A stretch of DNA of 59,949 bases from Ruditapes philippinarum (Eukaryota), in NCBI RefSeq assembly GCF_026571515.1, contig NW_026860434.1, positions 124,001-183,949 on the forward strand, given 5' to 3'. Numbering within the stretch: the first letter of the stretch is position 1; every line of letters begins with the position of its first letter. Under the pieces are notes generated by a model. That model was not told the origin of the DNA. It made no database searches and saw nothing but the letters and a program-made list of their open reading frames with translations. The position numbers and the translations under genes were made by a program. Shown one piece after another: positions 51,701 through 59,949 of this stretch.

Positions 51701-52979
51701 TATTTAATTTGATCAACATTCCAAATCTAATGTCTGTAAATGTCTGTAATTTATCTGACATTTATCATTATGATCTACATGTATGTATCTACAAACCAAA
51801 CAACTGACTGAAATGGACAATGAAATATACAGTCATGTAATGTTATGAAATGTACAGCCATTTTTCTTTGAAGCAGGCAAAAATATTACTTATACTCAGC
51901 ATAATACCTGGCTATTTTTACATCCTGAGGCCAATTTTTTGCCATTTGGTGACCAAGCTATTGCCAATATCCAGTGTTTATGTCCTTTACAAGTATACTG
52001 TGGGGTTTCTGTATTTACATCCCAAAATCTTACAGTTGTATCCCCTGAACCACTTGCCAAATATCTGGAAAAAGTAAAATCAATCAATCAATCAATCAAA
52101 TATAGATGATCAGTATGTCGTACAGTGAATGTTAATAATAACAACTTATCAGCATTGGAAATAAGAAGCAGATATCTTTGGTGGTTGAAAAATATCTTGT
52201 AACAAAAAGTTGGCAACTGTTGCACAAAAAAGACTTTACATGAACCCCATGTTACATTCATGCTTGGATGAGCACAATAGGCCACTATTCTTTGAATAGT
52301 CAAACTTAAAATATGACAATTATTAAGGGAGATAATAATGCTAGAAGAGAGATAAAAATATGACCGACATTGAAGGCCTATGATGCCCCAAAAAGAGTTA
52401 TAATTCTAATTTTCAAGAGTTCATTATTTTCAATGCCCTGTTACAGTTTCCAAAAAGTTACTTTTGTTTCATTTGCATTTTTGACAATTAAAACAGTTAT
52501 GGTTTTTTATGTAATTTAGTCTTTAACCTTTTTGACCCTGCCGAAGGCAGAAGTGAATTGTCTTTGCCACCAGTATAAAACCAGGCCAGCTTGCACTTAC
52601 GTGCAGTCTGACCAGCCTCTATACTGTTGGCTAGCCAACTTCAAATTCTCACCTATTTATCACATAAAATTGATAATGGACTGTTCCAAAATGAAAATTG
52701 GGAAAGTCCATTTAAGAAATTCAGCAGGTGAAGGGTTCAATAATCTATGCAAGCTCACCTTCCATCTGGACTGAACTGTGCTGCTATTACAGCCTCCGCA
52801 TGACCTGGTATTGAACTGGTACATCTTGTGACAGCTCGAACCTTAAACACTGCCTGCGGCTGGTATATGATATCTAATACTTGCTCTGAACCTTCTAGTG
52901 TCTTTTCATCAAGGGTGTTGTCAAGACTTTCTGTGATCTCTTTGTCATTGACAAAGAATGAATACGGAACTTTTTCTTC
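15735..52979 (-). CDS. NLE1: Notchless protein homolog 1 (WD40 ribosome-assembly factor), 9 exons found; 5' exon and ~70 internal codons not found
   Basis: Exons 52979-52759, 52064-51908, 50883-50786, 49924-49888, 48617-48465, 47836-47701, 17594-17435, 16640-16570, 15747-15735. Hallmarks IIYQPQAVFKVRAVTRCTSSIPGH, LASGSGDTTVRFWD, GHGHWVNILALSTDYVMRTGAFDP, WSADSRLLCSGSSDSTLKVWD, DLPGHADEVYAVDWSPDGQRVVSGGKDKVLKIWRK*. Confidence 0.96.
16570..16640 (-). CDS. NLE1: NLE1 penultimate exon
   Basis: VYAVDWSPDGQRVVSGGKDKVLK. Confidence 0.94.
16886..17175. repeat. 45-bp minisatellite, ~6.5 copies
   Basis: AAAATTAAGTACTGATTCAGACAAAACCATTTTAGGGAAAATTTC recurring every 45 bp. Confidence 0.95.
17435..17594 (-). 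CDS. NLE1: NLE1 exon
   Basis: FITTLRGHVSRVYQVSWSADSRLL...LPGHADE. Confidence 0.95.
18119..19513 (+). mobile_element. Full-length Tc1-family (DD34E) transposon, 1395 bp
   Basis: 24-bp TIRs CAG(T/A)AAGATGAAAAAAGTATTCGT (23/24 match) with TA on both sides; transposase relic inside. Confidence 0.93.
18329..19382 (+). pseudogene. Tc1 transposase, frameshifted
   Basis: MGRKGSELT..., RSGRPR, FSDES, WGCVTWHGVG, FQDDNAPVH-(34)-SPDLNIIENIW, C-terminal KGHLTKY*; several frameshifts. Confidence 0.9.
21050..21600. repeat. Short-period tandem array (~27 bp, ATAAAACCTTGAATGTATG-like), noisy
   Basis: Recurrent AAACCTT(G/T)AATGTA, progressively garbled leftwards. Confidence 0.6.
22480..22690. repeat. ~65-bp tandem repeat, ~3 copies
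   Basis: CAATATTGCCATATATTTCATTATCTAACAACACTATTTTTT three times. Confidence 0.85.
22857..24264 (+). CDS. Uncharacterised multi-pass membrane protein with C-terminal ectodomain (paralog 1), nested antisense in NLE1; 5' ~260 nt garbled
   Basis: Clean 381-codon ORF 23119-24264 collinear with the 38474-39904 protein. tttacag acceptor at 22837 and ACCATG at 22857 mirror paralog 2. The garbled DNA still resembles EKGLVFGP. Confidence 0.82.
24957..25191. mobile_element. Sola-like palindromic MITE copy 2 (235 bp, ATTT TSD)
   Basis: GAGCC...GGCTC termini, ~100-bp TIRs, ATTT on both sides. Confidence 0.88.
25340..25785. mobile_element. Hairpin-type interspersed element (possibly Crypton-like non-autonomous)
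   Basis: Imperfect inverted repeat TTTGTTTAGTTCAGTGTAAGAT...ATCTTACACTAAACTAAACAAA centred on TTCACGAGTGGC-ACA-GCCACGAGTGAA; no TIR/TSD pair seen; family assignment is inference. Confidence 0.5.
27601..29178 (-). mobile_element. Helentron-derived HINE with eight ~165-bp tandem units
   Basis: Hairpin GGGCCATGATGGCCC + GCTCACCT at one end; AGCTCACCT...AGGTGAGCTAAAAA and GACG microsatellite at the other; GGCCAATTTTGACCCC every ~165 bp. Confidence 0.88.
34575..34770. repeat. 33-bp minisatellite, ~6 copies
   Basis: TTGACAATTGAAATTCATTTCCAATTACCTCCC. Confidence 0.9.
35235..35845 (-). mobile_element. HINE-type element
   Basis: AACTAGAAATGTGTCCATAGGACAC hairpin end; GGAC microsatellite; ATGCTCCCACTCTGTGGGGGCATAAAA end. 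Confidence 0.8.
38474..39904 (+). CDS. Uncharacterised 476-aa ~5-TM membrane protein with C-terminal ectodomain (paralog 2; XK/TMEM26-like D-x3-D and EDVPQ motifs), nested antisense in NLE1
   Basis: Intact ORF with GCCATG start, polypyrimidine-AG acceptor at 38428, higher GC than the flanks, five hydrophobic stretches, clear paralogy to 23119-24264. Confidence 0.92.
   Translation: MSGRKKNGQITPIEKMEMQEVCAYRPKSGSMVSSIPCCRTLHDKFCFKLVVFLAVFVLDAVDLVSDWLLYADVAGAEEGLVYGPPEDVIRYLLLTFSIIGSLTFTFEIINLWWEIFRDDPWIDVDLLSAITVWIEDVPQITINVVIVACREEAISYFQLVKASVIIIGAVIRIIVSLVRYCGKKARHDLQCARVNPESRRHVVYRVFIMIALILTLGGAITIFMFTQSERNPDGSLNFKIPHSVVEGEYDDQKYFQDVNIFFAHELFDWDSTSVTSAEQLNLVRLFKINDIKNEKIDRTIKIQYDTATGPTKVVIWESDVSGSMQVKECFTMDRSGKTITIGTNCATYISAPFNQYVLKFHYIKPSVPSLIFGDIKYNIKVQYSSSTNCETPNFVINNNLKDRSKNSKVAALHYFRVGKGTNQTNHVIQSGANPVEFYHSKSLEDIIDVWKTGFAYCKSTGSQAPHLDTSIAVLCN
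39941..40010. repeat. (GATT)n microsatellite in the 3' region of paralog 2
   Basis: Imperfect GATT/TGAT run. Confidence 0.9.
40340..42000. repeat. Compound minisatellite: ~57-bp units (40340-40850) grading into ~38-bp units (41170-42000)
   Basis: CATGGCAACTTCTCATTTTCATGAGTATAAGTGCTATT..., then ACAATGGCAAGTTTATGAGAGCTATTCTCATTTTTT. Confidence 0.88.
42214..45173. mobile_element. Mariner-like non-autonomous element (TA TSD) hosting a nested HINE
   Basis: TA-CGTGGGTTGTCCCAATATTCTGTGACAA ... TTGTCACGGACTTTTGGGACAACCCTCG-TA imperfect TIRs. Confidence 0.75.
42336..44270 (-). mobile_element. HINE with ~12-13 tandem 137-145-bp units
   Basis: AACAAGATATGTTTGTAAAACATGTATGCCCCC end; units with AAGGTCAATGTGACCTTGACCTTTGACCCC; GACC/GACG microsatellite; GGGGGCATAAAA end. 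Confidence 0.9.
46069..47230 (-). mobile_element. HINE with 7 tandem 145-bp units
   Basis: AACTAGAGGATGCTTTTGTAAAAAAGCGCATGTCTCCCCC end; TGACCTTGACCTTTGA at 46125, 46270, 46415, 46560, 46705, 46850, 46995; GACG microsatellite; ATGTCTCCCCC...GGGGGAGACAT end. Confidence 0.92.
47384..47575 (+). mobile_element. tRNA-derived SINE
   Basis: A-box-like GGTGTAATGGTTAG and B-box GGTTCGAGCCC, followed by a non-tRNA body. Confidence 0.6.
47701..47836 (-). CDS. NLE1: NLE1 exon
   Basis: GMLCRTLQGHGHWVNILALSTDYVMRTGAFDP. Confidence 0.95.
48465..48617 (-). CDS. NLE1: NLE1 exon
   Basis: DATVRIWD...TASQDRTIKVWKSD. Confidence 0.95.
49597..49831. mobile_element. Sola-like MITE copy 3 (235 bp, ATTT TSD)
   Basis: attt-GAGCC...GGCTC-attt. 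Confidence 0.88.
49888..49924 (-). CDS. NLE1: NLE1 37-nt exon
   Basis: DPECRFLASSSK; tttcag/gtatg boundaries; in phase. Confidence 0.9.
50483..50717. mobile_element. Sola-like MITE copy 4 (235 bp, AAAT TSD)
   Basis: aaat-GAGCC...GGCTC-aaat. Confidence 0.88.
50786..50883 (-). CDS. NLE1: NLE1 exon
   Basis: VCVWDPATGKQIGKTLSLHKQWITWLAWKPLHL. Confidence 0.93.
51908..52064 (-). CDS. NLE1: NLE1 exon
   Basis: YLASGSGDTTVRFWD...LASGCKNSQ. Confidence 0.95.
52759..52979 (-). CDS. NLE1: NLE1 exon (end of NLE domain, WD1)
   Basis: EEKVPYSFFVND...QFSPDGR; AG/GT bounded. Confidence 0.95.
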
Positions 52980-52997
52980 CTGAAATTCAAAAACAAA

Positions 52998-53970
52998 AAT
53001 AGAAATGTGTCCAGAGGACACGAGTGCCCCACACTCAACTGTTTTGTCAATCTTATTACTCTAGGTCAAATAATGTTTGGGCTACATGTGCCACCAGTTG
53101 AAAACTTAAAATCTTTTACTTAGTAAAGGGCAAGAACTTTACAAATTCTGAATAAAACCACAAGCAAAGCCCAAGGTGCATAAGTACACATGCTGACCAA
53201 CAATCTTGTAAACTTTTAGGCCTACAGGTCAAATACTTAATAAGCTATGTATAAACAAGTTGAAAATTGAAAATTTATACTACAACGGCAATAACTAACA
53301 AAAGTAAAAATAAAATTCACAAATAAAACCCCAGGTGCAGTCATTTTGCTTCACAGCTATATTGATCATTATTCCTGTAAAGTTTGTTGATTCTAACTCA
53401 AGCATTCATAGAACAAATATACAACATAATGGAACTGTTTTTACTAAGTTTAAGGTAAGAACTCTAGAAATACTGGATAAATCCACAAGCGAAACCCCAG
53501 GTACACAACTACTCATGCTGACGAACATTTCTGTTAAATTCATAACTGTAGGTTAAATACTTTTTGAGTTACACACGATACTAATTGAAAATTGCAAATT
53601 TTCACAGTCAAGGGCAATTACTCTGACAAAACAGATAAAATCATCAAGCGAAATCCCAGGTGCACAAGTTCACATGCTAATTAACATTCCTGTAAGGTTT
53701 CATGAACAAAATCAAATACGTTTTGAGCTACATGCAACACAAGTTAAAAATTGCAAATGTTCACTAAGTCAAGGGCAATAACTCTTACAAAACAGAATAA
53801 ATCCACAAGCAAAACCCCAGGTGCACAACTTCACATGCTGAGCAACATTCCTGTAAAGTTTCAAGACTTTAAGTCCAAAATTTTTGAGCTTCATGCGACA
53901 CAAAATGAGAACAGACGGATGGACGGACAAGGGTAAATCTAAATGCCCCCCTACAGTGGGGGCACAAAAA
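52998..53970 (-). mobile_element. HINE with degenerate ~120-bp units
   Basis: AGAAATGTGTCCAGAGGACAC end; CCCCAGGTGCACAACT units; ATGCCCCCCTACAGTGGGGGCAC end. Confidence 0.8.
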
Positions 53971-54074
53971 TGCATGCTTTAAGGAGTACATAATTCTGGA
54001 AATATTAATGCTAAATTTATAAACCTTTCATATAATTATGACATGGGAATTTGAAGAAACGAAGAAGTTTAACT

Positions 54075-55044
54075 AACAAGAGCTGTCCGTAAGACAGCGC
54101 GCTCGACTTTTTTATTGCTTGCCAATAAAAAAAGTTTTTGCAGTAAAAGGCAATACAAGAATCTCTGTATTTTTAAAGTGAACTAGTTGTTTGATACCCT
54201 TGAATATTACAGCAATGTTTATATGACATAATTTATGGTAAAGTGAACAAGTGGATAGGAATGAATTTTTTTAGATTTTTTAAGTTTTTTAGTGCTTGCC
54301 TATAATACAAAACATTGACAGTTAAGGGCCATAATTCAAATAAAATCTTTGACAGAATTACCTTCTCCTGGACATGTTTTTGGGAATCATGATTGTAAAC
54401 AAGTATTCCAACTTTCAAATTAATATCTCAAACAGTTCAGTCAAAAAGTGGACTGGTACTAAAAACTTAACCAAGATTCTAAGTCGATAAAAGGCCTTAA
54501 TTTTTAAAACAAATCCTTGACAGAGTTACCTTCTCTTGCGTACAGATGGGGGTAATGATGTGAAATAGCATTAAAAGTTTCAAAGCAATATCTCAAAGGG
54601 TTAAGGCAATAAGTGGATTTTACCCATATTCAATGTATTTTCTAAGTCAAAAAGGGGCATAATTCTGTCAAAAACCTTGACAGAGTTATGTCCTCTTGTC
54701 TGTTGATGAAGGTCGTGATGGTAAACAAGTATGGTCAGTTTCAAAGCAATACCTCCAATGGTTTTGAAATAAAGTGAGGTGGTACAAAAAACTTAACCAA
54801 GCTCAATACACTTTCTAAGTCAAAAAAGGGCCATAATTCTGTCAAAAACCTTGACAGAGTTATGTACTCTTGTCTGTAGATGGAGGTTATGATGGTGAAC
54901 AAGTATGGTAAGTTTCAAAGCCATACTTGTAATACTTCTGAAATAAAGTGGGGTGGTACTAAAAACTTAACCAAGGTGTGACGCCAACGCCGACGCCGGG
55001 GCGAGTAGGATAGCTCCCCTTTTCATAGAAAAGTCGAGCTAAAA
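54075..55044 (-). mobile_element. HINE inserted at the terminus of the next HINE
   Basis: AACAAGAGCTGTCCGTAAGACAGC-GCGCTCGACT ... AGTCGAGCTAAAAA; ~180-bp degenerate units. Confidence 0.78.
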
Positions 55045-56010
55045 ATGTGTCCATAGGACACTGGTGCCCCTACACTCAATTGTTTTGTCAATCTTATTAC
55101 TCTAGGTCAAATATTTTTTGGACTACATGTGCCACCAGTTGAAAACTAAAAATCTTTTACTAAGTAAAGGGCAAGAACTTTACAAATACTAAATAAATCC
55201 ACAAGCAAACCCAAAGGTGCATAAGTACACATGCTGACCAACATTCTTGTAAACTTTCAGGCCTACAAGTCAAATACTTTTTGAGCTATGCATGAACAAG
55301 TTGAAAATTGCAAATTTATACTACTGTAAGTCAAGGGCAGTAACTCTAACAAAACTGAAAAAAATCCACATGCAAAGTCCCAGGTGCATAGCTTCACAGT
55401 GATGTTGATCATTATTCCTGTAACTTAGTGATGTTGATCATTATTCCTGTAAAGTTGGTTGATTCTAACTCAAGCACACAAGGAACAAATAACAAAACAT
55501 AATAAAAGGGTTTTTACTAAGTCAAGGGAAATGACTCTACAAATACTGGAAAAATCCACAAGCAAAACCCAAGGTGCACAACTACATATGCTGAACAACC
55601 TTCCAGTAAGGTTTAATGACTCTTTGTCAAATCCTTTTTGAGTGACATGTGACACAAGTTGAAAATTGCAAAAAGATTTCTAAGTCATTGACAAAAATAC
55701 TCAGGTGCACAACTACACATGCTGATCAACATTCCTGTAAAGTTTCATGACTCTAGGCCAAATCCTTTTTGAGTTACATGCTACAAAAGTTGCAAATTGC
55801 AAAATTTTACTAAGTCAAGGGCAATAACTCTAAAAATACTACATAAATCCACACGAAAATACCCAGGTGCACAACTACACATGCTGATCAACATTCCTGT
55901 AAAGTTTCATGACTCTAGGTCAAATACTTTTATGAGTTACGTGTGACACAAGTTGAAAATTGCAAATTTTTACTAAATCAAGGGCAATCACTCTAAAAAT
56001 ACTAAATAAG
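55042..56010 (-). mobile_element. HINE, same family as 52998-53970, truncated
   Basis: AAATGTGTCCATAGGACAC start, collinear with 53000-53900. Confidence 0.8.
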
Positions 56011-56294
56011 TAAAAGTGGAGTCTCTTCTCACCCCAGAAGCACAATTTAACAAGGGACAGCTTAATTTGAACAATTTTTGTACACTGTCACCAAGAAAAT
56101 TTTGGTGTACAATTATTTCAAAATTGAACCAGTGACTGAGATGTTGCTCAGATGTTGTTTTCTAATTTTAGATCTGGCAGCCATTTTATTAAACAGTTCA
56201 ACTGGTCACTGTGAGAGGTGACCTAATAAAAAGATGACAGAAAAAGAGAAGGAAAACAAACATTTCACCTGGCTAGGGATTGAATTGTCTACCT

Positions 56295-56675
56295 TGATCC
56301 CTGGGATGGAGCCAATTTTGACCCTAGGGGCTTATTTCAACAAACATGGCAGACATACACTAGAAGATGTTTCATGCCAAATATCTAAGCTTAACTCTTT
56401 CGTTGTTTTACAAGAAGATTTTTTGTAAAATAATTTTTTGGTTGCCATGGCAACCAGAGTTCTTTATGGAATTTAATTCTTTGAACAACTTTGGTAGAGC
56501 TTCATGCAAGAAACATCCCTGCAATTTTTTAGTTTCAACAAATAAGTTTGGATAAAATTGGCTTAGTGGTTTATGAGGAGATGTCATTTAAAGTAAAAGT
56601 TTACGGATGGAAGCCGGATGAAAAGCAATCTCAAAAGCTCACCATGTCTCTTTGCGACTGGTGAGCTAAAAAAAA
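56295..56675 (-). mobile_element. Truncated HINE related to 27601-29178
   Basis: One GCCAATTTTGACCC unit, GGTTGCCATGGCAACC, AGCTCACC...GGTGAGCTAAAA. Confidence 0.78.
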
Positions 56676-57147
56676 TATGATTTGTGTTTCATTAAATCTG
56701 AGTTTTAATTAGTGTTGAACAATGACGATCTACCAAATTATATCAATGATTTCCTATTCTATATCAATAGTGGTTAACCTAATCTTATTAATGAGATATA
56801 ATCTATATTATCACTCTCCAGAAGACACTGACCAACAAAGCTTACTGTTTATTACTCATTACACTCTCCAACAAAGCTTACTGTTTATTACATATTTCAC
56901 ACTGCAATATATTTACAAATATTAGTATGAACAAATAAAATTCAATATCCCTTTTCTTTGTATACAATGATAAATGATATACTGTATTTCATCAGTGTGA
57001 TATATCATATATCACACTCCTATAAACTACAATGTAATTGTTTCTTCATACAGTTTTATCTTTTAGTATGATATGTATCAATGTGAAAACCTTTAACAGT
57101 ATTCTTAATATGTTGAACTTGCCATCCCTTGAAGTTGGAACTATCAT

Positions 57148-57367
57148 NNNNNNNNNNNNNNNNNNNNNNNNNNNNNNNNNNNNNNNNNNNNNNNNNNNNN
57201 NNNNNNNNNNNNNNNNNNNNNNNNNNNNNNNNNNNNNNNNNNNNNNNNNNNNNNNNNNNNNNNNNNNNNNNNNNNNNNNNNNNNNNNNNNNNNNNNNNNN
57301 NNNNNNNNNNNNNNNNNNNNNNNNNNNNNNNNNNNNNNNNNNNNNNNNNNNNNNNNNNNNNNNNNNN
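57148..57367. other. Assembly gap (220 N)
   Basis: Run of N. Confidence 1.
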
Positions 57368-57399
57368 GTAAAAATTCCCAATCTTCCATGTGGGCCTCT

Positions 57400-58564
57400 A
57401 AGAAAAACATAATTTACAATATATACAACTATGGTACAATATTACAAAAATAAATGCAACAATGGTAATATTGCAGTTTCTGAGTAAGAATTTTATGGTT
57501 TACAAGGTCAAATGCTTTGGTTAGGTCAAGAAAAATTCTGCCAACTAGTTCTCCATCATTTATTGCATTTATCCAATTGTCAACTATGTTTGTTAATGCT
57601 GTTTCACAAGAGTGCTTGGTTCTGAATCCTGACTGGGCCTTAAAAATAAATTTATCAGTTTCTAGAAATTGTTTTAGATGGTCAGATATGTGCTTTTCAA
57701 ATATTTTAGAAATGAGTGGAAGTACAGATATTGGTTGGTAATTATTTTTATCAGAATTTTGTCCTTTTTTATAAATGGGTGTAACTATTGATTGTTTTAA
57801 TTTGGTAGGAAACTATCCTGTTTGAATACTTAAATTGATAATAGTAGATAAAGGTCTAATTAAATTAAATACCTTTAAATATCTAAGATGTAATGGGCCT
57901 TTTTTTATTTTTTCCTTAGTTTTATGGGTAAAAACAATGGGGGAATGGTCACTTATTGAAAGAATTGGGATCTTAATATTACATATATTTTGAGGCTGAT
58001 TTGTGTAGAGATGGTAAATGAAAGTTGAGGATGTTTGTGTGACTGTAGTAGGTTGTGTTATAAGTTGATTTAAATTGAATGTACTGATTGTATTATTCCA
58101 TTTTGAATTAACTGAAATAGAATTAATAAAATTGTAGTTGAAATCGCCAAAGAGAATAATTTCTTTGTTTTCAACGTATAAGGTTTCTAATACTTTTTCA
58201 ATTTCTTCAATCCATGAATTAAGTGATGAAGGGGGCGGGCCTATAGATATATCCTACAATCAAAGGTTTTTGTTTGTCAAGCTTCATTTCTATCCATATT
58301 GCTTCTATCTCACTGGAATTAAGGTCTGTTCTAATTTCACAATGTAAGTTTGATTTTATATATAAAAAAAACTATTCCTCCCCCATTTGACTGTCTATCA
58401 TGCTTGAAAAGTTGATAATTTTTTAAATTAATTTCATTGTTAGAGAAAGCATCACTGAGAAAGGTTTCTTGTAATCCAAGAATGTCAATATCCGGGAGCT
58501 GCTTATCAACTAGAAACTGTATTTCACTGAATTCTGGATATAAATAATGTATATTGAGATGCAT
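57400..58564 (-). mobile_element. Degraded CR1/L2-group LINE ORF2 (APE endonuclease + RT), internally deleted
   Basis: Minus-strand motifs HLNI...DILGLQETFL...DRQSNGGGI, YRPPPS, ILFGDFN, VTPIYKKG...NYQPISVLPLISKIFEK, QSGFRTKHSCETAL, FLDLTKAF; stops and frameshifts. Confidence 0.88.
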
Positions 58565-58763
58565 AAAAAGTACTTCAGTATTTAAGTATCAGTAACACCA
58601 CCACCGCAAAAAGAGGACATTAATATTCACTTGAACGGAAACTTGCTCCAGACTAAAAAAATAAACTTTCAACTTGTGGAGTGACATATCAGAGACATAC
58701 GGTAGATATCTACATCTGTGGACATATTCAGGAAATTTTTCTGAAACAAGTTTAATTATATTT

Positions 58764-58998
58764 GAGCCGTGTCACGACAAAACCAACATAGTGGGTTTGC
58801 GACCAGCATGGATCCAGACCAGCCTGCACATCCGCGCAGTCTGATCAGGATCCATGCTGTTTGCTTACAAACCCTATAACAAATAGAGAAACTGATAGCG
58901 AACAGCATGGATCCTGATCAGACTGCGCGGATGCACAGGCTTGTCTGGATCCATGCTGGTCGCAAACCCATTATGTTGGTTTTGTCGTGACAAGGCTC
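58764..58998. mobile_element. Sola-like MITE copy 5 (235 bp, ATTT TSD)
   Basis: attt-GAGCC...GGCTC-attt. Confidence 0.88.
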
Positions 58999-59949
58999 AT
59001 TTATTGTCCCTATCATTACAAGTAACAAGGAAATGTTATGAAAATCTTATTTAAGTACTCATTTACCAGAAAATATAATCCTACAATTTGAATTTATTTC
59101 TGTTTCAAACAGTTTTCAAGGAAGTTAATGTGTATAAAACTATATATCTGTTGTTATTATTTTTCAAGATAATTATACCGGAGTGACAACACGGCCATTA
59201 TCAAGGCTTTGAACGAAACGAAACGAAATAATTTATCTAGATAATTTCTACAAAATACTGTAGAAATACAACATTCAAAGTAAGTTTAAAACTTTATTGT
59301 AAATCTCATTTATATAAAACAAATTATGTAAGAAAGTAGTTCAGGCAATACTTCAGAGTGTTTTTAATTTTTTGTGTCTCCCTTTTATCAATCTCAAAAA
59401 AGAAATTTTTGTTTAAATGAATTATGTATTTTAATAAAATAGAAATACTTTGTATACCGTACATAATTATGTTTTACATTATAATGTATTTTTCACAATA
59501 TATTGTGGTGTTATATAAATCTTAATTTCCACATATCTGGTCGAATGAAAAGAAATATGTTCTCTTCATTATTTTAAAGAAATTCAAATCCAAATTTCAA
59601 AGTAAGTTCAAAACTTCATTTTATGTACAAAAATTTCTCATCTATATTGGATGAATTATGTAAGAAAGTGTTACATGAGTAATTGAACAAGTGTTAAATT
59701 TTAGTGTCGCTCTTATATCAAAATTCTGAGAACAAGTATTAAAATTAACATAATAGAGAAGAAAAATACCACAAACAAATAGAGAAAAAATATGCAATAT
59801 TCTGATCAACTGATACTACCCGAACTAATTTTATCTTATGTTTCCTAATGTCTCTCCTGTTCTGTGTTCTGTTCTAGGACAAATAAGTAAACAAATAGAA
59901 GTATGTGATAAAATGAATTGACGACTGACAGAAACAATTTTTTCTTTAC

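Noticed and set aside
57038-57412. ORFs spanning X runs
   Set aside because: Artefacts of the N gap
53000-59949. NLE1 first coding exon
   Set aside because: No N-terminal NLE-domain sequence recognised; probably beyond the window or in the gap

Overview
AT-rich, intron-containing animal genomic DNA. The repeat repertoire suggests a bivalve mollusc (inference). There is one N gap at 57148-57367 and several homopolymer-inflated, low-accuracy tracts (~11620-12950, ~19530-21500, ~22700-23110). Genes reconstructed by hand from GT-AG sites: (1) a spliced THAP + HTH + DDE transposase of PIF/Harbinger-ISL2EU type on the minus strand, running off the left edge; (2) CUSTOS/C12orf43, 6 exons on +, 9792-14620; (3) NLE1 (Notchless), 9 exons found on -, 52979-15735, tail-to-tail with CUSTOS, with the first exon and ~70 internal codons not found; (4) two paralogous uncharacterised ~5-TM proteins with a Cys-containing C-terminal domain (~22857-24264 and 38474-39904), each coded in one exon and nested antisense in the ~30-kb NLE1 interval. 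Mobile DNA includes a 6.1-kb foldback with a 9-bp TSD inserted into a Helentron-like element, a DD34E Tc1 element, a mariner-like MITE, five ~235-bp Sola-like MITEs, many Helentron/HINE elements carrying 145-166-bp satellite arrays, tRNA-derived SINEs and a CR1-like LINE relic. The best candidate for an undescribed system is the nested pair of XK/TMEM26-like 5-TM-plus-ectodomain genes.
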